Source: Bacteroidota bacterium
GTDB taxonomy: Bacteria > Bacteroidota > Bacteroidia > UKL13-3
DNA: 64,000 nucleotides
Assembly: GCA_040388375.1 (NCBI GenBank)
Contig: JAZKBU010000007.1
Location: 86,403 to 150,402 of the forward strand
Reading direction: 5' to 3'
The number at the start of each line of letters is the position of its first letter. The first letter of the stretch is position 1. Shown in pieces: positions 19,760 to 27,303 of this stretch. The notes beneath the pieces were generated by a model. That model was given only the letters and a program-made list of their open reading frames with translations, was not told the origin of the DNA and did not search any database. The translations under genes were made by a program, and so were the position numbers.

Positions 19760-21394
19760 ATGAAAAAACCATATCATATCTTTTATTTTCTATTTTTTAG
19801 CCTGCTCTTATCGCTGCAAGCACTTAGTCAACCTTTTTCAAAGCAAGAGTATGTACATGGTAAGCTTACCAAGCTGCGTAGCTGTTTTGATGTAAACGTA
19901 TATGATATTACCGTAAAGGTTGATATTGACCAACAATTTATAAGCGGAACGAATGTCATTACTTTTACTGCATTGAGTAATTTTAAAAAGCTGCAGCTTG
20001 ACTTAATGCAACCAATGCAGATAGAGAAAATACTGTATAACGATGCCCCATTATTATTTACCCATGATAACAATGCATACATTGTTCAGTTTAAGGAAAC
20101 GATAAAAAAAGGAAGCAAGCATACCATAGTGGTTTCTTTTAAGGGTAATCCACCGGTGGCTAAAAATGCTCCCTGGGATGGGGGTTTTGTATTTACCAAA
20201 GACAGCAGTAATAAACCTTGGGTAGGTTTGGCTTGCGAGGGTATAGGCGCTTATTGCTGGTTGCCTTGTAAAGATCATTTGAGCGATGAAGCAGAAACGA
20301 TGCTGATGCACTTACAAGTACCAAGTGGATTGGTAGGGGTGAGTAATGGAAAGTTTTTAGGTACCAAAGTAGTGGACAATAATTATACGCAATATGACTG
20401 GAAAGTAAGCTACCCCATTAACAATTATAATATTACTATCAATATAGGTGATTATGCGCAATTGCAGGATGATTACCGAAGCCCGACCAATGGTATTTTG
20501 GTACTTAACTATTATGTATTAAAAGGCAATGAACAAAAAGCTAAAGCACATTTTAAACAGGTAAAGGATATGCTGGGTTGCTTTGAGCGTTTTTTTACGC
20601 CTTACCCTTTTTGGAACGATGGTTATAAACTGGTTGAAACACCTTATTGGGGTATGGAACACCAGAGCTGTGTGAGTTATGGCAACGATTACCGGAACAA
20701 TGCTTTTGGTTTTGATTTTATTATTATACACGAAAGCGGGCATGAGTGGTTTGGCAATAGCTTAAGCATGAAAGACCATGCGGATATGTGGATTCATGAA
20801 AGCTTTACTACGTATACCGAAGCGGTTTATGTAGAGTTTAGACAGGGTTTGGCTAAAGCCATAGAGTACTTAAACACCCAGAAGCACCACATCAAAAACC
20901 TGAAACCTATTATAGCGCCCAAGGATGTTTATTTTCATGGCAGGAAGGATAATGATGTATATTACAAAGGCACGTGGATGTTACATACCATGCGCAATAT
21001 GCTGAATAATGATACTACGTGGTTCAATATGTTGTATGAATTAGCAGATGAGTTTAAACACCAAACACTGACGAGTGCGCAAGTTGAAAATTATATAAGC
21101 AAACGCACCCGTTTTAATTATGCACCTTTTTTTGAGCAGTATTTACGCCACGCTGCATTGCCTGTATTTGAATATAGCTTTATTCAGAAGGATGATATTT
21201 TGGAATTGAAGTACCGATTAAAAACCAATGTAGGAAATATTGAAATGCCTTTAAGGGTTATGTTGAGTAAGGATAAGTTTGAGTATATTATTCCTGCCAA
21301 GCATTGGCAAATAGTGGAGTTAAAGTATAGTGGTAAAGAAAATTTTAAAGTTGATACGGATAATTTTTTGATTGATGTAAAGGAAATAAAATAG
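19760..21394 (+). CDS. M1 family metallopeptidase (aminopeptidase N-like), secreted
   Basis: Signal peptide. HESGHEWFGN followed 18 residues later by E in WIHESFTTY (HExxH-x18-E). Confidence 0.9.
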   Translation: MKKPYHIFYFLFFSLLLSLQALSQPFSKQEYVHGKLTKLRSCFDVNVYDITVKVDIDQQFISGTNVITFTALSNFKKLQLDLMQPMQIEKILYNDAPLLFTHDNNAYIVQFKETIKKGSKHTIVVSFKGNPPVAKNAPWDGGFVFTKDSSNKPWVGLACEGIGAYCWLPCKDHLSDEAETMLMHLQVPSGLVGVSNGKFLGTKVVDNNYTQYDWKVSYPINNYNITINIGDYAQLQDDYRSPTNGILVLNYYVLKGNEQKAKAHFKQVKDMLGCFERFFTPYPFWNDGYKLVETPYWGMEHQSCVSYGNDYRNNAFGFDFIIIHESGHEWFGNSLSMKDHADMWIHESFTTYTEAVYVEFRQGLAKAIEYLNTQKHHIKNLKPIIAPKDVYFHGRKDNDVYYKGTWMLHTMRNMLNNDTTWFNMLYELADEFKHQTLTSAQVENYISKRTRFNYAPFFEQYLRHAALPVFEYSFIQKDDILELKYRLKTNVGNIEMPLRVMLSKDKFEYIIPAKHWQIVELKYSGKENFKVDTDNFLIDVKEIK

Positions 21395-21411
21395 CCTTGT
21401 TCCTTACGCCA

Positions 21412-21433
21412 TTTCAGGCGTCCTCGCCTGCAA
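21412..21433. repeat. Family B palindromic hairpin, copy 1
   Basis: tttcaggcg-tcct-cgcctgcaa, 17 nt after the M1 peptidase stop. Same stem as 23091-23112 and 26867-26890. Confidence 0.8.
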
Positions 21434-21765
21434 TTATTTCACTGCTACCATAAACAAAACAGTTTCTGCTTTTCTTACTTCGATACTTTTTGCATTGCCA
21501 AAAAAGTATCCAAAAACGCTAGACGAAAAAATGCATGCAGTTGGCTTAATGCTTGAAATTCTTTTTATATTATGGATTAATTTTTTATTTCACTGCTACC
21601 CGCTACCCTAAACAAAACAGTTTCTACTTTTCTTACTTCGATACTTTTTTCATTGCTAAAAAAGTATCCAAAAAAGCTAGACAAAAAAATGCTTCCACCC
21701 GCAAGGCTTGATGCACTGCCCGCTTTTTTGTCGGGCTAACGCACACCTACTATTGGTGTTTAGTA
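21434..21765 (+). repeat. Family A repeat, two tandem copies (A1 ~21434-21565 truncated; A2 ~21585-21765)
   Basis: ttatttcactgctacc recurs at 21434 and 21585 (151-nt period). Both copies contain cagtttct..ttttcttacttcgatacttttt-gcattgc-aaaaagtatccaaaaa(c/a)gctagac(g/a)aaaaaatgc with an internal 10-bp inverted repeat gatacttttt/aaaaagtatc. Third copy at 27031. Confidence 0.85.
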
Positions 21766-21957
21766 AATCATATCAAATATTGTAAGGCATGACTTCAAAT
21801 ATAGTTATGAAGTGCTCTGATGTAATCATTTCATAGCTTGATATAGACGCTATAAACACATAGAAAAATTGTTTAGACTCTTTAAAGCAAGAGTAAGAAA
21901 CTATTTTCTCATCTGAAATAACTATAGTCGCTTGTGCTTAGGTAAGCACAAAACAAT

Positions 21958-22032
21958 TGATGCCGTAGGTATCAAATATTAATAATAACAAATCATTCAA
22001 ACAGCATACGACCCTGAAGGGGTCGAATAGTT
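21958..22032 (+). repeat. Diverged partial copy of the family D core
   Basis: gatgccgtaggtatcaaatattaata...catacgaccctgaaggggtcgaatag parallels gattccaaaggagtcaaatgttaata...tgtacgaccccttcggggtcgaatcc at 62461-62530. Both hairpins are retained. Confidence 0.6.
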
Positions 22033-22122
22033 AAAAATGGGGTAGCGGTACTCTTGAGCGGGCATATTTTGTTATTGCTTTCAAATTAAAATTACTTTTA
22101 TATTGTATTACAAGACTCGGTA

Positions 22123-23085
22123 ATGGAAGAAATAACGGACGCTCCTCAAATAACAAAAAATACATTTCAAAAATTTGTTCCGGTATTTACCGTTGCCTGT
22201 TGTTTGGTTAGTATTGGTTTATGCATAGGCTTTAACCTGGACAGGCAGCCTGCTACATGGGACACTTACAAAAGGTGGGGAGCGCCTGATTCTATCGAGA
22301 TTTTTAATGGTAGCTATTGGGGATTGTTTACTTCTAATTTTTTGCATACGGAATGGTGGCATATAGCTTTTAATATATATTGGTTTTGGTTGCTGGGTAA
22401 AAAGATTGAGTTTGAAAACAGCCGTTTTTTTTATGCTGTTTTTATTTTTACATCGGCATGGGTTAGTTCTGTTGCCCAGCTTAGTTTTGGTAATTCTACA
22501 GGCATAGGTCTTTCGGGTATCGTGTATGCTTTCTTTGGCTATATATTTATAAAAAGCAGAACGAGCGAAACCTATAAGCAATTCCTTGATACACGAACCA
22601 TCAATTTGTTTTTATCGTGGTTGGCTATTGGTGTTTTGTTAACGCGTTTTAAAATGATAAGCATTGGCAATGCAGCCCATATAGCCGGGTTGTTATGGGG
22701 TATGGCCGTGGCTTATCTGTCAAGGTTTGCTGCTGTTAAACAGGTTGCTATTGGTTTGGTGTTGCTGGTGTTTTTCACTTCTTCTGTTTTCTGGAACCCC
22801 TTCTCTACATCGTGGTACTCGTACCGGGCATTTCAATTGCATAAGGACGATAAGGTAGATGAAGCCATGATTATGTACCAGAAAATATTGGACAGGGATG
22901 CTGATAATGAATTTGCAGGTGGTAATTTAAAAGCACTGAAAATATATAAGCAGGAACTGGAAGCGGTGGAGTTAACCAAACAAGGCTATTATGATAAAGC
23001 ACGTAGAATTTATAATGAAATATTGACTCTTGACAGGGAAAATAAATATGCTAAAGAGGCTTTGGAAGGGCTGCCTAAGGAATAA
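22123..23085 (+). CDS. Rhomboid family intramembrane serine protease with C-terminal TPR-like region
   Basis: 320 aa. GLSGIVYAFFG (catalytic Ser) and AAHIAGLLWG (catalytic His) within 6 TM helices. Soluble helical-repeat tail. Confidence 0.9.
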   Translation: MEEITDAPQITKNTFQKFVPVFTVACCLVSIGLCIGFNLDRQPATWDTYKRWGAPDSIEIFNGSYWGLFTSNFLHTEWWHIAFNIYWFWLLGKKIEFENSRFFYAVFIFTSAWVSSVAQLSFGNSTGIGLSGIVYAFFGYIFIKSRTSETYKQFLDTRTINLFLSWLAIGVLLTRFKMISIGNAAHIAGLLWGMAVAYLSRFAAVKQVAIGLVLLVFFTSSVFWNPFSTSWYSYRAFQLHKDDKVDEAMIMYQKILDRDADNEFAGGNLKALKIYKQELEAVELTKQGYYDKARRIYNEILTLDRENKYAKEALEGLPKE

Positions 23086-23090
23086 ATAAT

Positions 23091-23112
23091 TTGCAGGCGA
23101 GGACGCCTGCAA
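23091..23112. repeat. Family B palindromic hairpin, copy 2
   Basis: ttgcaggcg-agga-cgcctgcaa, a perfect 9-bp stem, 5 nt after the rhomboid stop. Confidence 0.85.
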
Positions 23113-23705
23113 TGGCGAAAAATAATAATGGAAAAGCTATGACAACAAAGGCTGATAAAACAAACTGGTACAAAATAGCCATAGGTAGTATATTTTTTTT
23201 TGCAGCCCTTTTTAGTGCGAATAAAAGTGATATAAGTGGGGATGAATTAACGACTAAAACTATTGTTGTAAAATCGCCTGTACGCAATATACACAGACGC
23301 AGAAGTAATGATGAGTATAGCATAAGTGCCCTCAACTATGGGTGTAGTTTTATTATTAGAACTCCGGGAGTTATGGCTGCTAAGGGGCAGGATATAGCTA
23401 ATATTACGCAAAATGATACGTTGCTTATTCATATTCGCAATAGCAGGGTAGATGATTTAAACAATAAATCGAAAGACATTCCTATTTATACATTGATAAA
23501 AAATAACCATGTTATTTATGGACTTGCTGCTTATAACGAATCGCAGGCTATACTTGACAAACGCTGGAATATTGTTTTTATCATGATGGGTTCACTCTTT
23601 TTATTAAGGGGCTTGGCGCTTATATCCAGTAAGGCAGGTTATATTTTAGGTGGACTGGCTGCACTTACTATTATTGTTTTGCGCATTTTGCATATATGGT
23701 GGTAA
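23112..23705 (+). CDS. Hypothetical membrane protein
   Basis: The ORF-track TTG start at 23091 lies inside the palindrome. In-frame ATG at 23112 (MAKNNNGK) preferred. TM helices near both ends. Confidence 0.6.
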   Translation: MAKNNNGKAMTTKADKTNWYKIAIGSIFFFAALFSANKSDISGDELTTKTIVVKSPVRNIHRRRSNDEYSISALNYGCSFIIRTPGVMAAKGQDIANITQNDTLLIHIRNSRVDDLNNKSKDIPIYTLIKNNHVIYGLAAYNESQAILDKRWNIVFIMMGSLFLLRGLALISSKAGYILGGLAALTIIVLRILHIWW

Positions 23706-23750
23706 TAACGCTAGCTTGTACCATTAAAACTGGCACATAAATAATAGTAT

Positions 23751-24932
23751 ATGAAACATTATATCTTATTGCTTACCCTTTCCATTTTATGGATAACTGC
23801 TACTTTGGGGCAAACAATTAAAAGAATAGATGGCAGTAAAATAACAGTTGATAGTTTAAATGCCAAAATTGAATACCTGATGAAGGTAGCCAATGTTTCA
23901 GGGGTGGCTGTTGCGGTGTTTAACAATAACAAACCTGTATTGAGCAAAACCTATGGCATGGCTGATGTGCAAAAGCATATTCCCTTACAACAAACATCGG
24001 TTATGTATGGTGCCTCCTTTGCCAAAGCGGTATTTGCTTATATAGTGATGCAGTATGTGCAGGAAAAAGTAATTGATTTGGACAAGCCACTTGTTACTTA
24101 CTTAACTCAACCTCTGCCTGATTATAAAATAAATGGTTGGCGCAAGGGTTACCACGATTTAAAAGACGATAAGCGTTACGAAAAAATAACAGGCCGTATG
24201 TGTTTAACGCATACCACGGGTTTTCCTAATTGGCGTTGGTTTGAACCCGATAAAAAACTGCGGTTTAAGTTTGAGCCCGGTACGCGTTATAGTTACTCCG
24301 GTGAAGGATTGTATTTGCTGCAATTTGTACTGGAGCAAATAACAGGAAAAGACTATGAAACCATTTCGCAGAAAAGAGTTTTTAAACCTTTGGACATGGC
24401 CAATACGAGCCAGGTATGGCAAACCCGTTTTGATACCAATATATGTTACGGACACAATGCCAAAGGCGAGCCTTACGAATTAATGAAATGGAAGGAAGCG
24501 AGTGCAGGTGGTTCTATGAGTACCACTTTGGCTGATTTTACTAAATTTTATACGGCTTTAATTGGTAGCCAAGGACTTTCCAAAACAAGCTTTAAAGCCA
24601 TGACCAGCCCACAGGTACGCATTAGGTCTGTAAGCCAGTTTGGGCCATTAGCCAAAGTAGATAGTACAGACAACGATACTATACAATTAAGTTATGGCCT
24701 GGGTGTAGGCGTTTTTATGACTCCTTATGGCCGTGCCTTTTTTAAAGAAGGACACGATGAAGGCTGGGGGCATTATTCTATTTGTTATCCTGACCAGAAA
24801 ATTGCCATTGTTATTATGACGAATAACGACAATGGGGAAAGCATTTTTAAAGAACTGTTGGCTTATGCCATTGGCGATGTTTTTACGCCTTGGCGTTGGG
24901 AAAATTATATTCCGTATGACCAGCAGCATTAA
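23751..24932 (+). CDS. Serine hydrolase, beta-lactamase (class C / PBP4*-like) family
   Basis: 393 aa. Signal peptide, S-x-x-K (GASFAKAV), YSYSGEG block. Confidence 0.9.
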   Translation: MKHYILLLTLSILWITATLGQTIKRIDGSKITVDSLNAKIEYLMKVANVSGVAVAVFNNNKPVLSKTYGMADVQKHIPLQQTSVMYGASFAKAVFAYIVMQYVQEKVIDLDKPLVTYLTQPLPDYKINGWRKGYHDLKDDKRYEKITGRMCLTHTTGFPNWRWFEPDKKLRFKFEPGTRYSYSGEGLYLLQFVLEQITGKDYETISQKRVFKPLDMANTSQVWQTRFDTNICYGHNAKGEPYELMKWKEASAGGSMSTTLADFTKFYTALIGSQGLSKTSFKAMTSPQVRIRSVSQFGPLAKVDSTDNDTIQLSYGLGVGVFMTPYGRAFFKEGHDEGWGHYSICYPDQKIAIVIMTNNDNGESIFKELLAYAIGDVFTPWRWENYIPYDQQH

Positions 24933-24945
24933 TAGCAATTTTAAA

Positions 24946-25506
24946 ATGGAAAAAAGAATTAAACAGAAAATAAAGCAATTGGGTATTACTGCTCTTAAAG
25001 TTTATGGGCTAATAATTACCTGTTTTTTATTGCTGAGTCTTTTTCAAAATTGCTCCTCTAACAAAGAGGCTACACCTAATGAAGACTTTATTAGAAAATA
25101 TGGAACGGATAATTATGATGTATTTAAAAACAAGTCCTTTTCTGTAAGGGGATTTGATGAGGGTAATCCCATTGTTTTTATTCGCGATTATGCAGCAACA
25201 CAACAACCTTGCGGACTTGTAAGTATGACTATTTCGAGTCAAACAAAAGAATTATTAGCAGTGAAAGAAGTTCCTCAAAAAGATAGCTGTGTATTGAGTT
25301 TTGATAAAGCAGCCTATTATAACTTAGCTATAGCTTTTCTTAAATACGATATTAATTATTTGAGTGTTGATAGCGATTTAAATGTTTTTATAAAAACTTT
25401 ATTTGTAGAAACACCGCCAGATTTAGTTCAGTTTGCTAGTCCGAAAAATATAGCCGATACTAAATTCGTTCAAATAAAAGACAATTGGTATAGCGTAAAG
25501 CAATAA
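24946..25506 (+). CDS. Hypothetical lipoprotein
   Basis: Start moved to ATG 24946 (MEKRIKQK). The upstream part of ORF 24832..25506 overlaps the previous gene. TM/signal then LFQNCSS lipobox. Confidence 0.65.
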   Translation: MEKRIKQKIKQLGITALKVYGLIITCFLLLSLFQNCSSNKEATPNEDFIRKYGTDNYDVFKNKSFSVRGFDEGNPIVFIRDYAATQQPCGLVSMTISSQTKELLAVKEVPQKDSCVLSFDKAAYYNLAIAFLKYDINYLSVDSDLNVFIKTLFVETPPDLVQFASPKNIADTKFVQIKDNWYSVKQ

Positions 25507-25582
25507 AGAATAATGTGTATTCAATAGGATTTTATTACAAAATTATTTTGTTACTTGCTAATCCCTAAAATAACAAAACCCC

Positions 25583-26059
25583 ATGCACCCACACATCACC
25601 CTCCGCACAACTGAGCTAACTGATTTGCCTATTTTTTTTCAATACCAATTGGATGAAGAGGCCGGTTATATGGCGGCTTTTATGCCGAAAAACCATACCG
25701 ATAAAGAGGCTTATATAGAGAAATGGACCAGGCTCATAGCTGACCCGACTATCAGCATACGCACCATATTGTATCAGGATAATATAGTAGGCGTGGTGAG
25801 TAAGTTTATGATGCATGGCGATGCTGAAATTACGTATTGGATAGATAAACCTTATTGGGGGCAGGGGATAGCCAGTGAAGGGCTTGCGCAGTTTTTAACC
25901 ATAGAGCTAACAAGGCCTATTCATGGGCATGTAGCGTTTGATAATGTGGGCTCGCAAAAGGTATTGGAGAAATGTGGTTTTGTGAGGATTGGCACTGATT
26001 ATGGGTTTGCCAATGCAAGGGAAGCGGAGATCGAAGAGTTTATTTATCAATTACCATAA
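25583..26059 (+). CDS. GNAT family N-acetyltransferase
   Basis: 158 aa. WGQGIASEGL acetyl-CoA loop, RimJ/RimL-like layout. Confidence 0.85.
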   Translation: MHPHITLRTTELTDLPIFFQYQLDEEAGYMAAFMPKNHTDKEAYIEKWTRLIADPTISIRTILYQDNIVGVVSKFMMHGDAEITYWIDKPYWGQGIASEGLAQFLTIELTRPIHGHVAFDNVGSQKVLEKCGFVRIGTDYGFANAREAEIEEFIYQLP

Positions 26060-26078
26060 ATGTTGTAGCGTTACGTTC

Positions 26079-26109
26079 GGGACATTGAGCGGAGTCGAAA
26101 TGTGTCCGG
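26079..26109 (+). repeat. Family C hairpin, copy 1 (hairpin half only)
   Basis: gggacatt-gagcggagtcga-aatgtgtccgg. The conserved loop gagcggagtcga is closed by acatt/aatgt. Confidence 0.75.
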
Positions 26110-26242
26110 ATTTAATGATGAATGAACTTAAAAAAAAGAATTTATAAACCGAATACAACTAAACCAATTGATGCTTTAGAAATGATTATACCAACATCAA
26201 TACAAATACCAAATAATAAAAAATTACCCCAAAATAAAATAT

Positions 26243-26839
26243 ATGAATAATTCAAAAATCTCTTTAATGAATGTAACGCTCCCTGTAGGGTCGGTTATTA
26301 CCTATGTCGGAAATGTAGAAAAATTTCAAAACATTAATGCTCCATTTACTCTTCAACCCGAAACTCAGGGTTGGATGTTGTGCGATGGTTCGGCACTAAG
26401 AGCCACCGAGTACCCTGAGTTGTATGCAGCTTTAGGTAGTCTTTATGGTATTAACGGCTCCGGAGCTGATTTTACATTTAACCTTCCTGATTTAAGAGGG
26501 CAGTTTCTTAGAGGTATTGGTACAGACGAGGCAAGTGTGGAGGGACGCACCTCCGCTTATGGAGGCACTGCAAATGGAGTTGGCTCAACGCAAAAAGATG
26601 CATTGCAAATTCATGAGCATAAGTACAGCCAACCAACTGGTGCGCCTGTTCAAGGTAATGCAGGCATGGGCACTGCTACCGTTAATGATAATGCTTTTAC
26701 GGGTGAGCCTACAAGCAGGTCAAATCCTTCATCCATTCATGTAAGTCAGTACGAAACAAGGCCTACTAATGTATTTGTTAATTACTTAATAAAATATACT
26801 TATAAGTTACCTGTTCTTAATCCAATGGCTGATTTATAA
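26243..26839 (+). CDS. Phage tail collar domain protein (microcystin-dependent protein MdpB-like)
   Basis: 198 aa. GWMLCDGSALRATEYPELYAALGSLYGINGSGADFTFNLPDLRGQFLRG is the canonical collar-domain block. Confidence 0.85.
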   Translation: MNNSKISLMNVTLPVGSVITYVGNVEKFQNINAPFTLQPETQGWMLCDGSALRATEYPELYAALGSLYGINGSGADFTFNLPDLRGQFLRGIGTDEASVEGRTSAYGGTANGVGSTQKDALQIHEHKYSQPTGAPVQGNAGMGTATVNDNAFTGEPTSRSNPSSIHVSQYETRPTNVFVNYLIKYTYKLPVLNPMADL

Positions 26840-26866
26840 AGTAAAAAATAGTAAAGTATTTATGCC

Positions 26867-26890
26867 ATTGCAGGCGTTCGCGCCTGCAAT
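26867..26890. repeat. Family B palindromic hairpin, copy 3
   Basis: attgcaggcg-ttcg-cgcctgcaat, a perfect 10-bp stem with UUCG loop, 27 nt after the tail-collar stop. Confidence 0.85.
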
Positions 26891-26901
26891 CTCTTTGCTT
26901 A

Positions 26902-26960
26902 GGGCATTGAGCGGAGTCGAAATGCATTTTTATAGTTGTTATCGACTCCGCTCGAACTAC
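26902..26960 (+). repeat. Family C element, full copy 2
   Basis: gggcatt-gagcggagtcga-aatgc + atttttatagttgtta + tcgactccgctcgaac. The downstream arm is complementary to the hairpin loop. Confidence 0.85.
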
Positions 26961-27030
26961 TGCAACTATCCGTTGAGTTAGCGAAGCGCTCTACGGATTA
27001 TATATGCAAAGCGGTGTCTCTGACACGGTA

Positions 27031-27170
27031 CAGTTTCTTAATTTTTTACTTCGATACTTTTTGCATTGCCAAAAAAGTATCCAAAAACGCTAGACGAAAA
27101 AATGCTTCTCCCCGCAAGGCTTGATGCACGGCCCGCCTTTTCGTCTGGCCAATGCTCGCCTTCTATTTGT
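27031..27170 (+). repeat. Family A repeat, copy 3
   Basis: cagtttctta..ttacttcgatactttttgcattgccaaaaaagtatccaaaaacgctagacgaaaaaatgcttctccccgcaaggcttgatgcac is nearly identical to 21460-21535 and 21618-21715. Confidence 0.85.
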
Positions 27171-27201
27171 ATGATGTGTTGATTTGAGATTATATGATTA
27201 T

Positions 27202-27242
27202 AAAACAAAACAGGCTGCCCGAAGACAGCCTGTTTTGTTTTA
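27202..27242 (-). terminator. Terminator downstream of leuS (could act bidirectionally)
   Basis: aaaacaaaacaggctg-cccgaaga-cagcctgttttgtttt. The GC core caggctg/cagcctg is extended by A/T-run pairing. Confidence 0.75.
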
Positions 27243-27243
27243 T

Positions 27244-27303
27244 GTGCATTGAGCGTAGCCGAAATGCACTTTTATAGTTGTTCTCGACTCCGCTCGAACT
27301 GAC
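27244..27303 (+). repeat. Family C element, full copy 3, abutting the leuS stop codon
   Basis: gtgcatt-gagcgtagccga-aatgcac + ttttatagttgttc + tcgactccgctcgaactgac. The stem covaries relative to copy 2. Confidence 0.85.

Noticed and set aside
21434-21765. Tandem A1/A2 repeats as a possible CRISPR array.
   Set aside because: There are only two units with a 151-nt period and no short constant repeat / unique spacer alternation. The units are imperfect copies of a dispersed repeat also found at 27031, and there are no cas genes.
24832-24945. N-terminal extensions given by the ORF track: 24832-24945, 45023-45160, 56306-56410, 23091-23111, 19745-19759.
   Set aside because: These extensions overlap the preceding gene, a repeat or a promoter box, and encode junk-like sequence. 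Internal ATGs give proper signal peptides or family-typical N-termini.
26243-26839. The tail-collar gene as evidence of a prophage or tailocin.
   Set aside because: No other phage-like gene (capsid, portal, terminase, sheath, baseplate, lysin, integrase) is recognisable anywhere in the window.
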